From Alphaproteobacteria bacterium (GTDB lineage: Bacteria; Pseudomonadota; Alphaproteobacteria; UBA828): a stretch of 64,000 bases of DNA. Positions within the stretch are counted from its first letter, which is position 1; each line of letters opens with the position of its first letter. The notes under the pieces were generated by a model that did no database searches, was not told where the DNA came from, and saw only the letters and a list, made by a program, of their open reading frames with translations. The stretch lies in the NCBI GenBank assembly GCA_965237415.1, contig CBDEFM010000002.1, positions 2,176,001-2,240,000 of the forward strand, given 5' to 3'. This document shows, in pieces, positions 20,831-30,765 of this stretch. Both the position numbers and the translations under genes were made by a program.

Positions 20831-21025
20831 GCGGCACAAGCGTCGGCAATGACGTGGGCTGCGGCCCGCTCGCTGTTGTGCTGCATGACGCGATCCTGGC
20901 ACAGACACCGTGTACCGTGCTCCGCACCATGATCCGGAGCGTCAACCCAGCCTTCTCACGACTGTCTCGGCCTGCGTCGCGGGTCGCGAGACGCCGCGAA
21001 CGGGCGCCTCGGCACGGCACCGTTT

Positions 21026-22612
21026 TCAGATAGCCAGCGCGCAGCCGTCCTTGCGCGGGTCTGAGCCGCCGGTGAGCACGCCGGTCTCGCGGTCGATGGC
21101 AATCGCCTGGCCGCCGCCGTGGGGCATGTCCGCCCATTCGACCGCGTGGCCGAGGCCCGCGAGACGCTGGGCGGTCTCCTCGGCGATCGTGGTCTCCAGC
21201 GTCAGCACGCCGCCGAAGTGGAAGGCGCGGGGGCAATCCAGCGCCGCCTGCGGGTCTAGGCGATAGTCGATCACGTTGGTGAGGAAGTGGGCGTGGCCGC
21301 AGGCCTGGAAGTGCCCGCCCATCACGCCGAAGGGCATCACGGCATGATCGCCCTGCCCCACCATGCCGGGGATGATCGTGTGCATCGGCCGCTTGCCGCC
21401 GGCGATGCGGTTGGGGTGATCCGGGTCGATGACGAAGCTCGCGCCCCGGTTCTGCAGCATCACGCCCGAGGACGTGCAGAGGCCCGAGCCGAAGGACGAG
21501 AACAGCGAGTTGATGAAGGAGATCGCGTTGCCCTCGCCATCCACCACGGTGAGGTAGATGGTATCGCCGTGGGCCGGGTAGCCGGGCGGCAGCTCCGCCG
21601 GCATGGCGCGCGCCGGGTCGATGTGGCGGCGCATGGCGTCGGCGTAGCCGGCCGAGAGCAGCCCCTCCACCGGCACGTCCACCGTGTCGGGGTCGGCGAT
21701 CAGCGCCGCACGGTCGCGATAGCCGAGGCGCGAGGCCTCGGCCTCCAGATGCAACCGTTCGGCACCCACCGGGTCGAGCCCGGCCAGCTCGAAGCCCTCG
21801 AGGATGTTGAGGATGAGCAGCGCGATGATCCCCTGCCCGTTGGGCGGGCACTCGTAGATGTCGAAGCCCCGGTAGTTCGCGCTGATGGGCTCCACCGCCT
21901 GCGGCTGGAAGGCGGCGAGGTCGTCCGCCGTCATCAGGCTGCCGTGGTCCTGAAGGTGGGCCACGATGTCGTCGGCGATGGAGCCGCGATAGAAGGCTTG
22001 AGCGCCCTCCTTCGCGATCAGGCGGAGCGTCTTCGCCAGCGCCGGCAGGCGATGGAGATCGCCGGCTCGGGGCGCCCGCCCGCCGGGCAGGTAGATAGCG
22101 CGCGCGTTCTCGCAGGCGTGGAGCTTCCCCGCGGCGCTCCCCCAGTCGTGCGCGACCCGGCTATGGACGACGTATCCCTCCTCGGCATAGCGGATGGCGG
22201 GCTGCAGGACCTCGTCGAGGCCCTTGGTCCCGTGGTCCGCGAGCAACCGCTCCCACGTGCCGACAGCGCCCGGCACGGTGACGGCGTGCGGGCTCTCGAA
22301 GTCGATGGCGTCGATGCCCTGCTCCTGGAACCATTCGACGCTCGCCGCAGCCGGCGCCCGGCCTGAGCCGTTGATGGCGTAAGGCGGCACCCGGCCGCCG
22401 GGGGCATAGAGGGCGAAGCAGTCGCCGCCGATGCCGGTGGATTGCGGCTCGACCACGCCTTGCACGGCACAGGCCGCGACCGCCGCATCCACGGCGTTGC
22501 CGTCCGCGCGCAGCACCTCGATCGCGGTTCCCGTGGCCAGCGGATGCGAGGTCGCCGCCACGCCGCGCGTGCCGTGGACCATGGACCGCCCCGGACGCTG
22601 AAAATCACGCAT
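21026..22612 (-). CDS. ggt: Gamma-glutamyltransferase
   Basis: 'GNAVDAAVA', 'GIGGDCF', catalytic Thr in 'GDTIYL', 'KRPMHTIIP', 'GGSDPRKDG'. Confidence 0.93.
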   Translation of the reverse strand: MRDFQRPGRSMVHGTRGVAATSHPLATGTAIEVLRADGNAVDAAVAACAVQGVVEPQSTGIGGDCFALYAPGGRVPPYAINGSGRAPAAASVEWFQEQGIDAIDFESPHAVTVPGAVGTWERLLADHGTKGLDEVLQPAIRYAEEGYVVHSRVAHDWGSAAGKLHACENARAIYLPGGRAPRAGDLHRLPALAKTLRLIAKEGAQAFYRGSIADDIVAHLQDHGSLMTADDLAAFQPQAVEPISANYRGFDIYECPPNGQGIIALLILNILEGFELAGLDPVGAERLHLEAEASRLGYRDRAALIADPDTVDVPVEGLLSAGYADAMRRHIDPARAMPAELPPGYPAHGDTIYLTVVDGEGNAISFINSLFSSFGSGLCTSSGVMLQNRGASFVIDPDHPNRIAGGKRPMHTIIPGMVGQGDHAVMPFGVMGGHFQACGHAHFLTNVIDYRLDPQAALDCPRAFHFGGVLTLETTIAEETAQRLAGLGHAVEWADMPHGGGQAIAIDRETGVLTGGSDPRKDGCALAI

Positions 22613-22808
22613 CGACCTCTCCTCCCGCCTGTGCGCCGCCGCGTTGCCGGGGTTTTAGACCGTTTAGCGGCCGCACGAAATGGCCGGTCCGGCGACGACG
22701 AAAGCTTGCCGCCGAAGACCTCTTCCGCAGCCGGTCGGCTTGACGGTCCCGACCCTGAGGCATAGCCTTTCAAAAATAGCGTTCTGGGATGGGGGAGGCA
22801 CGAAGGCC

Positions 22809-24083
22809 ATGTTCATGAAATCAACCGACAAATCGAGCCTTCGGGGATGGCTGAAGCGGTCATTCGCGATGGCAATTATCGCTTGCGCGGTTGCGCTTGC
22901 CGCTCCGGCGCAGGCGAACGACACCATCAAGATCGGCTTCAGCATGGCGCTGACCGGCGGTCTTGCCGGTGCCGGCAAGGGTGCGCTCATCGCCATGCAG
23001 GTGTGGGCCGAGGACGTCAACGCCGCGGGCGGGCTGCTCGGCAAGCAGGTCGAGCTCATCTACTACGACGATCAAACCAACCCTGCGACCGTACCCGCGA
23101 TCTACACGAAGCTGCTCGACATCGACGATGTCGACTTCGTTGTGTCCGGCTATGGCACGAATCTGATCGCGCCGGCGATGCCGATCGTCATGCAGCGGGA
23201 TCTGGTGTTTCCGGCGCTGTTCGGCCTCGCGGTCAACGAAAAGTTCAACTATCCGAACTACTTCCAAATCATGCCGGCGGGACCGGAGCCGATGACGGAC
23301 TGGTCTAAGGGATTTTTCGACGTTGCCATGGCGCAGGATCCGCCGCCGAAGACGATTGCGCTCATCGGCGCCGATGCCGAGTTCGCCCGCAATGCGGTGA
23401 ATGGCGCGCGGACCAATGCGGAGAACCTCGGGCTCGAGATCGTCTATGACGAGTCCTATCCGCCGAAGACTCCGGACTACACGCCCATCGTCAATGCGAT
23501 TCAGGCGCGCAATCCGGATATCGTTTATGTCGGCTCCTATCCGCCCGATTCGGTCGGGATGGTGAAGGCGGCCACCGAGGTCGGTCTCACGGCTAAGATG
23601 TTCGGCGGCGGCATGGTGGGGCTTCAGTTCGCCTCGATCATGAAGGCGCTCGGGCCGAAGCTGAACGGCATCGTGAACTACGATTTCTGGGTGCCGGAGC
23701 CGACGCTGAAGTTCGAGGGCGTCGAGGCGTTCCTCGCCAAGTACCAGAAGGCGGCCGAGGGACAGGGCGTGGACCCGCTGGGCTATTATCTCCAACCCTA
23801 CGCCTATGCCTATCTGCAAATACTCGGGGATGCGATCGCCGCTACCGACAGCATGGATCACGCTGCCATCGGCGAATACATTCGCAACTCCGAGTTCGAC
23901 ACCGTCGTCGGCAAGGTGAGCTTCGCGCCGAACGGCGAGTGGGCGAAGACCCGCGTGCTGATGGTGCAGTACCAGGGGATCGAGGATAACGAGCTCGCGA
24001 CCTTCACCAAGGCGGGGACGCGTGTCGTGCTCTATCCGGCGGAATGGAAGTCGGGGGACATCAACTACCCCTACGCCGAATAG
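22809..24083 (+). CDS. Branched-chain amino acid-type ABC transporter substrate-binding protein
   Basis: Signal peptide; 'IKIG..MALTG', 'NAAGGLLGKQVEL..YDD'; first gene of a Liv-like operon. Confidence 0.92.
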   Translation: MFMKSTDKSSLRGWLKRSFAMAIIACAVALAAPAQANDTIKIGFSMALTGGLAGAGKGALIAMQVWAEDVNAAGGLLGKQVELIYYDDQTNPATVPAIYTKLLDIDDVDFVVSGYGTNLIAPAMPIVMQRDLVFPALFGLAVNEKFNYPNYFQIMPAGPEPMTDWSKGFFDVAMAQDPPPKTIALIGADAEFARNAVNGARTNAENLGLEIVYDESYPPKTPDYTPIVNAIQARNPDIVYVGSYPPDSVGMVKAATEVGLTAKMFGGGMVGLQFASIMKALGPKLNGIVNYDFWVPEPTLKFEGVEAFLAKYQKAAEGQGVDPLGYYLQPYAYAYLQILGDAIAATDSMDHAAIGEYIRNSEFDTVVGKVSFAPNGEWAKTRVLMVQYQGIEDNELATFTKAGTRVVLYPAEWKSGDINYPYAE

Positions 24084-24121
24084 CCCGCGCTCCCGAGAGG
24101 AGCCGAACAGCGGCTGAAGAT

Positions 24122-24158
24122 GGAAATGTCATCCCGCGCTCGACGGGATGACATTTCC
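24122..24158 (+). other. Intercistronic stem-loop after the substrate-binding-protein gene (mRNA stabiliser or attenuator)
   Basis: Perfect 15-bp inverted repeat GGAAATGTCATCCCG / CGGGATGACATTTCC. Confidence 0.75.
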
Positions 24159-24182
24159 TGTTCCCGGTAGGGCGGACTACCG

Positions 24183-25055
24183 TTGTTCTCCGTCGATCTT
24201 CTTCTGAACGCGTTGATAGCCGGCGTGCTGCTCGGCGGCTTTTACGCCGCGGTCAGCCTCGGGCTGACCGTCTCGTTCGGGCAGCTCAACATCGTCAATA
24301 TCGCGCATCCGGCATTCGTCATCCTGGGCTCCTATATCGCCTACATGTGCAACGATCTTTGGGGGCTGGATCCAATTCTGGCGGGACTCATATTCATTCC
24401 TGTGTTCTTCCTGATCGGTGCCGGCGCTTATCGGCTTTACTACGAGAGTTTCGAGCGCAAGGACGACGAAGCGCTGCGCGGCCTCGCCTTCTTCTTCGGC
24501 GTCATGTTCATCATCGAGGTCGGGCTGATCATGGTTTACGGCGTGGATTTCCGCACGGTGCAGGCATCCTACATCGGGCAAAGCTGGAAAGCCGGCGCGG
24601 TCGGGGTGCCGACCCGCATGTTCGTGCCGTTTTGCGTCTCCATCGCGATGTTCACGGCCGTCTATCTCTACATGTCGCGCACCTTCAACGGCCGCGCCAT
24701 CAAGGCCGTGGCGCAGGATCGCCTCGCGCTGCAGCTCATGGGCGCCGACCCGGTCAAGATCAAGCAGCTCGGCTTCGGCATCAGCATCGGGACCGCTGCG
24801 CTCGCCGGTGCGCTGCTGATCATCATCATCCCGGTCGAGCCGTCGGTCGGCCGGCTCTATATCGGCCAGGTGTTTGCGATTGCGGTGCTCGCCGGACTCG
24901 GATCGATTCCCGGCACGCTGGTCGCAGGCATCGTCCTCGGCGTCGCCGAGAGCTTGGTCTCGACGTTCTTCGGCCCCTCATGGGCGCCTGCCGTGGCCTT
25001 CGGCATTCTGCTGCTGGCCCTCGCCTTCCGACCGCAGGGGCTGTTCGGCCGATGA
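24183..25055 (+). CDS. Branched-chain amino acid ABC transporter permease (LivH-like)
   Basis: Hydrophobic; 'GLTVSFG..NIVNIAH', 'GRAIKAVAQD', 'RPQGLFG'. Confidence 0.92.
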   Translation: MFSVDLLLNALIAGVLLGGFYAAVSLGLTVSFGQLNIVNIAHPAFVILGSYIAYMCNDLWGLDPILAGLIFIPVFFLIGAGAYRLYYESFERKDDEALRGLAFFFGVMFIIEVGLIMVYGVDFRTVQASYIGQSWKAGAVGVPTRMFVPFCVSIAMFTAVYLYMSRTFNGRAIKAVAQDRLALQLMGADPVKIKQLGFGISIGTAALAGALLIIIIPVEPSVGRLYIGQVFAIAVLAGLGSIPGTLVAGIVLGVAESLVSTFFGPSWAPAVAFGILLLALAFRPQGLFGR

Positions 25056-26023
25056 GAATGCCTGCGGTGAAGCTCTCCGCCTTCTGGATCTGCGCCGCAG
25101 CCGTCGCACTGATAGGCGCCGCAGTGACGATCTTCGACGCGTTCGCCATCAACAAGTTCATCTTTTTCGCGGGCTATGTCGTCCTGCAATACGTGATTCT
25201 CGCGACCGCCTGGAACATCATGGGCGGCTACATGGGGTATGTGAATTTCGGCACCGCGGGGTTCTTTGCGGTGGGCGCATACAGCTCCGTCGTCCTCTAC
25301 AACCTGTTCGAAGCGCCCTTGGCGCTGATGATCCCCTTCTCGGGCGTGGTCTGTGCGTTGCTCGGGCTCGCCATGGGCTACCTGACGCTCCGGCTGCGGG
25401 GTGTCTTCTTCGCCATCGCGACGCTCGCCATGGCCATCGTCCTCGAGACCTTGATGATTAACTGGGATTACGTGGGCGGTGCCACCGGCGCCTACATCCT
25501 CCGCTCGCGGGAAATGGCGCCGTTCGGCGACTACGTCGAGTACCTGTTCTTCGTGATGCTCCTGCTCGCGATTTTCGCGGTCGCGGTTGCGCGCTGGATC
25601 GAGCTGTCGAAGGCGGGGCGCGGCTTTGCCGCCATCCGCGACGATGAGATTGCGGCCGAATGCGCCGGCGTTCCGACCCTTCGGCTCAAGCTGATCGCGA
25701 CGACGGTTTCCGGATTCCTGATGGGTGTCGCCGGCTCACCGTTCGCGCTCTACGTGGGCTTTGTCGAGCCCTCGTCGGCGTTCAATCTCATCTATGCGGT
25801 GAACGCCATTGCGATGCCGATGATCGGCGGCGCCACCACGTGGCTCGGCCCGCTGATCGGTGCGCTGCTGCTCGGCACCGTCCAGCAGGTCGCGACGGTG
25901 ACAATCTCGTCCGAGCTCAACCTCCTGATCGTCGGCGTGGTACTCGTATTCTTCGTCATCGTCGCGCCCGAAGGCATCGTCGGGCTGCTCCGAAAGTGGT
26001 GGAGGCCGCGCGATGACAAGTGA
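25052..26023 (+). CDS. Branched-chain amino acid ABC transporter permease (LivM-like)
   Basis: 'WNIMGGYMGYVNFG', 'LRLRGVFFAIATLA', 'AIRDDE', 'PEGIVG'. Confidence 0.92.
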   Translation: MRMPAVKLSAFWICAAAVALIGAAVTIFDAFAINKFIFFAGYVVLQYVILATAWNIMGGYMGYVNFGTAGFFAVGAYSSVVLYNLFEAPLALMIPFSGVVCALLGLAMGYLTLRLRGVFFAIATLAMAIVLETLMINWDYVGGATGAYILRSREMAPFGDYVEYLFFVMLLLAIFAVAVARWIELSKAGRGFAAIRDDEIAAECAGVPTLRLKLIATTVSGFLMGVAGSPFALYVGFVEPSSAFNLIYAVNAIAMPMIGGATTWLGPLIGALLLGTVQQVATVTISSELNLLIVGVVLVFFVIVAPEGIVGLLRKWWRPRDDK

Positions 26024-26735
26024 CTCGTTGCTCGATGTGCGGACCGTCTCCAAGCGTTTCGGCGGCTTCACGGCGCTGGACAAGATCAGCATGGAGGTCC
26101 GGGCGGGCGAGCGCTTCGGGATGATCGGCCCGAACGGCTCAGGCAAGACCACCATGATCAACTGCATCTCAGGCACGCTGGCGAACGACGGCGGCGAGAT
26201 CGTCTTCAAGGGCGTAAAGCTCGACGGCAAGAAGCCCCATCTACGCACGCGATTGGGAATCTCGCGGTCGTTCCAGATTCCCAAGCCGTTCCGCTCGATG
26301 ACGGTGCTGGAGAACCTGGGCGTCGCGCTCGAATTCGCGACCGGCACGAGCCGGGGCGAAGTCCGGGAACGCGGCATGGCGATTCTGGAGACGATCGGCC
26401 TTGCGGACCGCGCCGGCGCGAACGCGGGCGCGCTGACGCAAATCGACATGCGCAAGCTCGAGCTCGCCCGCGCTATGGCAACCCAACCGGAATTGCTGAT
26501 TTCCGACGAAGCGATGGCCGGCCTCTCGTCGACCGAGGTCGACGACATCCTCGACATTCTGTTCAAGCTGAATGAAGGCGGCATCACCATCATCATGATC
26601 GAGCACATCATGCGGGCGGTGATGCGATTCTCGACGCGGATCGTGGTGTTGGACGCGGGCCAGAAGATCGCGGAGGGCAAGCCCGACGAGATCGTAAACG
26701 ACCCCGAGGTAGAGAGGGCCTATCTCGGTGAGTAG
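26013..26735 (+). CDS. ABC transporter ATP-binding protein (LivG-like)
   Basis: 'GPNGSGKTT', 'RSFQ', 'DEAMAGL', 'IEH', 'AYLG'. Confidence 0.93.
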   Translation: MTSDSLLDVRTVSKRFGGFTALDKISMEVRAGERFGMIGPNGSGKTTMINCISGTLANDGGEIVFKGVKLDGKKPHLRTRLGISRSFQIPKPFRSMTVLENLGVALEFATGTSRGEVRERGMAILETIGLADRAGANAGALTQIDMRKLELARAMATQPELLISDEAMAGLSSTEVDDILDILFKLNEGGITIIMIEHIMRAVMRFSTRIVVLDAGQKIAEGKPDEIVNDPEVERAYLGE

Positions 26736-27459
26736 GATCGTCGTCGATAACATCGAAGCGGGCTACGGCTCCGTGCGCGTGTTGCACGGCGTCTCGGTCT
26801 CCGTCGATCCCGGCGAGACGGTCGTCCTGCTCGGCACGAACGGCAACGGCAAGTCGACACTCATCAGTTGCATCATGGGGATCGTCTCTCCGTCCGCCGG
26901 GTCCATCACGTTCGAGACCGAGGACGGCGATCGGATCGAGCTGGTCGGGAAGACGCCTCAGCAGGTGGTCGAGCTCGGCATCTCGCTGGTACCGGAAGGC
27001 CGGCGCCTGTTCCCCCAACTCACGGTGTCTGAAAACCTGATGCTCGGCGCCTATCGGAAATCGGCGCGGCAGCGGATCGGCGCCAATCTGGAGTTTGCGT
27101 TCGAGGCCTTCCCGGTTCTTGCCGAGCGCCGGCGCCAGCTCGCGGGCTCCATGTCGGGCGGCGAGCAGCAAATGCTGGCCATCGCCCGCGCGCTGATGTC
27201 GGAACCCCGCATCCTGCTGATCGACGAGCCCTCCGTCGGGCTCGCGCCGATCCTGGTGAGCCGCGTGATCGCCAAGATCAGGGAGCTGAAAGAGCGGCGC
27301 AATCTGACCGTGCTGATGGCCGAGCAGAACTTCAATCAGGCCATCAAGATCGCGGATCGCGGCTACATCATCGTTCACGGTGAAATTGCGTTCGCCGCGG
27401 CAACCGCCGCCGATCTGTCCGAAAACGAGATGGTCAAGCGATACTATCTCGGCGCCTGA
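26728..27459 (+). CDS. ABC transporter ATP-binding protein (LivF-like)
   Basis: 'GTNGNGKST', 'VPEGRRLF', 'MSGGEQQM', 'DEPSVGLAP'. Confidence 0.93.
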   Translation: MSRIVVDNIEAGYGSVRVLHGVSVSVDPGETVVLLGTNGNGKSTLISCIMGIVSPSAGSITFETEDGDRIELVGKTPQQVVELGISLVPEGRRLFPQLTVSENLMLGAYRKSARQRIGANLEFAFEAFPVLAERRRQLAGSMSGGEQQMLAIARALMSEPRILLIDEPSVGLAPILVSRVIAKIRELKERRNLTVLMAEQNFNQAIKIADRGYIIVHGEIAFAAATAADLSENEMVKRYYLGA

Positions 27460-27712
27460 CGCGCGCATCCGTCCGGGGCGCCTCCCGGTGTACGGCCGGC
27501 GCAGCCGCGGCCTTTCACGAAATGTTGCGCAGCTCTGCCACCCGCCCGTATGGCAGGGGCATGGTGCTTTTGTTAATGTCCGCCGATGGCTGTGGAACCG
27601 ATCGCTATGCTTGAGTTTGGAGCCGCCACAGCCAATATCACGACAAGGGGCTGCGCGAGGCTATCGCGCTGAAAGCCGCCTGACGAGGACAGCAACGCAG
27701 GGGGTCGAGAAC

Positions 27713-28162
27713 ATGCGCTTGATAGGAGTGGCGGTCGCCGGCATGGCCGCAGGAGCGATCGCGCTCAGCGCCGTCGCCACGGCGCCGGCATCGGCGGCGT
27801 CGGAACCGCAGCGGGTCACGGTGACCGGCGAGGTCATCGATTCCTGGTGCTATCTGAGCGAGATCATGTGGGCGGAAGGCTCGGCCCATCACCGCTGCGC
27901 GGTCTGGTGCGCGCGCGGCGGCGTGCCGGTGGGCATCCTCGGTGAGGACGAGGAGGTCTATATCGTGCTCATGATGGAGAACGATCCCAACGTGATCGGC
28001 AACAAGGCGGTGTTCCGCATCCAGACCAAGGAGGTCGTCGTCACCGGCGATCTCTACGAGCGCGACAGCGTCAAGTATCTCGCCGTCAGCGAGATCGTCG
28101 AAGACCACGGGATCGTGAACTACTCCCACGAAGACTTCGACATCCAGCCGGGAGGGCTCTGA
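27713..28162 (+). CDS. Exported hypothetical protein with DxxC...HxxCxxxC motif
   Basis: Sec-type signal peptide (Ala-rich, AxA); 'VTGEVIDSWCY', 'HHRCAVWCARGGVPVG'. Confidence 0.8.
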   Translation: MRLIGVAVAGMAAGAIALSAVATAPASAASEPQRVTVTGEVIDSWCYLSEIMWAEGSAHHRCAVWCARGGVPVGILGEDEEVYIVLMMENDPNVIGNKAVFRIQTKEVVVTGDLYERDSVKYLAVSEIVEDHGIVNYSHEDFDIQPGGL

Positions 28163-28164
28163 TC

Positions 28165-28710
28165 ATGTGGGCCAATCGCACCCTCGTCCGCCTCGCCGCC
28201 GCGCTCGCGGTGGCAGGCTCCATGGCGGTCTCCGGCATCGCGGCCGCGGCCAACAGCTGGGGGCTGCCCGACGAAGTCGAGGCGCGCTTCGACGCCACGG
28301 TCACCGACGTGCTCTGCGTGCTCGGCGGCGATTGTCCCGAGGACTGCGGCGCCGGCAATCGCCTGCTGGGCCTGCTGCAGGATGACGGCACTTTGGTGCT
28401 GCCGCTCAAGAACGCGGGCCCCTTCACCGGCCCGACGGTCGATCTCATCGCCTTCTGCAATCAGCGGGTGACGGTCGACGGCCTCTTCACGACCAACTAC
28501 GGCGTCACCACCTTCGCCGTCCAGTTCGTGCGGCCCGAGGGCGGCAAGTGGCGCGGCGCTAACGGGTTCGTCCGTCAATGGGCCAAGGAGCGCGGCCTGG
28601 AGACGAAGGACAAGAAGGCGCGGCGCTGGATGCGCAACGACGAGACGATCCTCGAGCTGATCGAGGAGCAGGGCGTGCTCGGCCTCAAGAGCGAGGGAAT
28701 CACCCCCTAG
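28165..28710 (+). CDS. Exported hypothetical protein with DxxC...CxxxC motif
   Basis: Signal peptide; 'VTDVLCVLGGDCPEDCGAG'; starts 2 nt after the preceding stop. Confidence 0.8.
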   Translation: MWANRTLVRLAAALAVAGSMAVSGIAAAANSWGLPDEVEARFDATVTDVLCVLGGDCPEDCGAGNRLLGLLQDDGTLVLPLKNAGPFTGPTVDLIAFCNQRVTVDGLFTTNYGVTTFAVQFVRPEGGKWRGANGFVRQWAKERGLETKDKKARRWMRNDETILELIEEQGVLGLKSEGITP

Positions 28711-28808
28711 CCCAGCCGGAAGGGCGGCGCGCGGAGCCCGTGCGCCGCCGGCAGGCTGCAGATTGACCGCCGGTGCCGGCGCCGGGCGGCGCGACAGATG
28801 AGCCTGCG

Positions 28809-29432
28809 ATGAGCCGGTTCCCGCTCGATTCATCCGGCCTCTGGCGCGAGGTGCGTATCGGGGGGCCGGCGGCACCCGCCCCTGGGCTCTTCCTCGACCG
28901 CGACGGCTCGCTCATCGAGCTGGTTGACTATCTCAGACGTGCCGACGAGGTCGTGCCGATCCCCGGCGCCTTCGAGAGCCTGGCTCAGGCTGCGCGCTGC
29001 GGCTATCGCGTGGTCATCGTCACCAACCAGTCGGGCGTCGACCGCGGCTACTATGGGTGGGATGCGTTCGCCGCGGTCCAGGAGCGTGTGATCGCACTCG
29101 CAGACGCCGCCGGCGGCCGGATCGACGCGGTCTACGCCTGCCCGGCGCTGCCGGGGAGCGGCGCCCCATGCCGCAAGCCGGCGCCCGGCATGATCCTCGC
29201 CGGCGCCGCCGATCTCGGGATCGACCTCGGCGCAAGCTGGATCGTTGGCGATTCGGCAAGCGATCTGGAGGCCGGTCGCCGCGCCGGCCTCGCGCGCGGC
29301 TGGCTGGTACCGATCGGCTATGGCGCGCGCGACCGGGGCCTCGCTGCGGGCTTGGCGCGCGGCGACTTCCGCGTCACCATCGGGCGACCGATCGCTGCAC
29401 TCGGCGCGGCGCTCGCCGCAGATCGGGCCTGA
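28809..29432 (+). CDS. HAD-IIIA phosphatase, GmhB-like heptose-bisphosphate phosphatase
   Basis: 'FLDRDG', 'VTNQSG', 'CRKPAPGM', 'IVGD..SD'. Confidence 0.88.
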   Translation: MSRFPLDSSGLWREVRIGGPAAPAPGLFLDRDGSLIELVDYLRRADEVVPIPGAFESLAQAARCGYRVVIVTNQSGVDRGYYGWDAFAAVQERVIALADAAGGRIDAVYACPALPGSGAPCRKPAPGMILAGAADLGIDLGASWIVGDSASDLEAGRRAGLARGWLVPIGYGARDRGLAAGLARGDFRVTIGRPIAALGAALAADRA

Positions 29433-29449
29433 CCGGCGGAGCGGACTTC

Positions 29450-30070
29450 ATGACCTTCCCCGACAAAGGCTATTCGTCGATCGCGGACTACTGCGATGAC
29501 TATCTCGCTCGGCTGGCACGGGCCGGCGCCTCCATCGACTGCGCTCGGCTCGGCGAGACCTGCGACCTGCTCGATGCGGCGTTTGCCCGCAGCGCGTGGC
29601 TCTTCGTCTGCGGCAATGGCGGCTCGGCGGCGATCGCCAACCACCTGCTCTGCGATGTCGCCAAGGGGGTGCAGACCGACACTGGCGTGCTGCCGCGGGT
29701 GATGAGCCTGAGCGCGAACATGGAGATCGTTACGGCGATCGCCAACGACATCGCGTTCGAAGATTGCTTCGTCTACCAGGTCAGGACCGCAGCCCGGCCC
29801 GGCGACGTGCTGATGACCGTTTCGGCCTCGGGCGACTCGGAGAATATCGTTCGCGCGCTCGATTGGGCCGGTGCGAACGGGCTCGAGAGCATCGCACTAA
29901 CGGGCTTCGACGGCGGTCGCGCGGCGGCGCTCGCCACCATCAACCTACACGTCGACGGCGACAATTACGGCGTGATCGAGGACACCCACCAGTCGATCAT
30001 GCACATGCTCTCGCAATACCTGCGCCAGGCGAAGATGCCGGACGCGCTCATCGCCGAGCGGAAGTTCTAG
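29450..30070 (+). CDS. SIS-domain phosphoheptose isomerase (GmhA-like)
   Basis: 'CGNGGSA', 'TAIAND', 'SASGDSENI', 'LTGFDGG', 'EDTH'. Confidence 0.88.
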   Translation: MTFPDKGYSSIADYCDDYLARLARAGASIDCARLGETCDLLDAAFARSAWLFVCGNGGSAAIANHLLCDVAKGVQTDTGVLPRVMSLSANMEIVTAIANDIAFEDCFVYQVRTAARPGDVLMTVSASGDSENIVRALDWAGANGLESIALTGFDGGRAAALATINLHVDGDNYGVIEDTHQSIMHMLSQYLRQAKMPDALIAERKF

Positions 30071-30684
30071 CCGACGAAGCGGATCGCCAACACGGCGGCG
30101 GCGAGCACGACGAAGGCGCCCAAAGCCACCCAGCCCAGGTGCCGCTCGATGAAGGCGCGGGCCGGCGGGCCGAACTGCCAGAGAAGCGCCGCCACGATAT
30201 AGAAGCGCAAGCCCCGCGCGACCAGCGAGGCGAGGATGAACACGCCGATGTCGAGCTTCCCGGCCCCACTCGCGATGGTGATGAGCTTGTAGGGGAGCGG
30301 GGTGAAGCCGCCGGCGACGACGATCCAGGCACCCCATTCGTCCCGGTAACGCTCGAAGATCGAGAGCTTCTCCTCATTGCCCCAGAGCTCGAGGAGCGGG
30401 CCGCCGAAGGCATCGAAGAGATAGTAGCCGATGGCGTAGCCGAAGAGGCCGCCGGCCATCGATGACACTGTGCAGACACCGGCCAGCAGCCATGCCTTTG
30501 CGCGGCGCGCCAGGACCATGGGGATGAGCAGCAGGTCCGGCGGGATCGGGAAGAACGAGCTTTCCGCGAACGCGACGGCAGCGAGCGCCCAGACGGCATG
30601 CCGCTTGCCGGCAAGCGCCAGCGTCCAATCGTAGAGCCTGCGGAGCGGCCCCGGGCTCCGCCCCCCCTCAGGCCCCCTCGTCAC
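30067..30684 (-). CDS. YqaA/DedA (VTT-domain) membrane protein
   Basis: 'LYDW', 'ESSFFPIPPD', 'FTPLPYK', 'ARGLRF'; start codon uncertain. Confidence 0.88.
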   Translation of the reverse strand: MTRGPEGGRSPGPLRRLYDWTLALAGKRHAVWALAAVAFAESSFFPIPPDLLLIPMVLARRAKAWLLAGVCTVSSMAGGLFGYAIGYYLFDAFGGPLLELWGNEEKLSIFERYRDEWGAWIVVAGGFTPLPYKLITIASGAGKLDIGVFILASLVARGLRFYIVAALLWQFGPPARAFIERHLGWVALGAFVVLAAAVLAIRFVG

Positions 30685-30765
30685 GCGCCCGGCTCTCCCG
30701 CGCCCGGTTGACCGTCGCCCACCCCGGCCCAACAATGCCGGGAGCGTTCCGGACGGGCACCCTTC

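Noticed and set aside
27670-27712. CTGACGA-GGAC...GTC-GAGA resembling a hammerhead ribozyme core
   Set aside because: The required GAAA is GAGA, and stems I and III could not be formed convincingly
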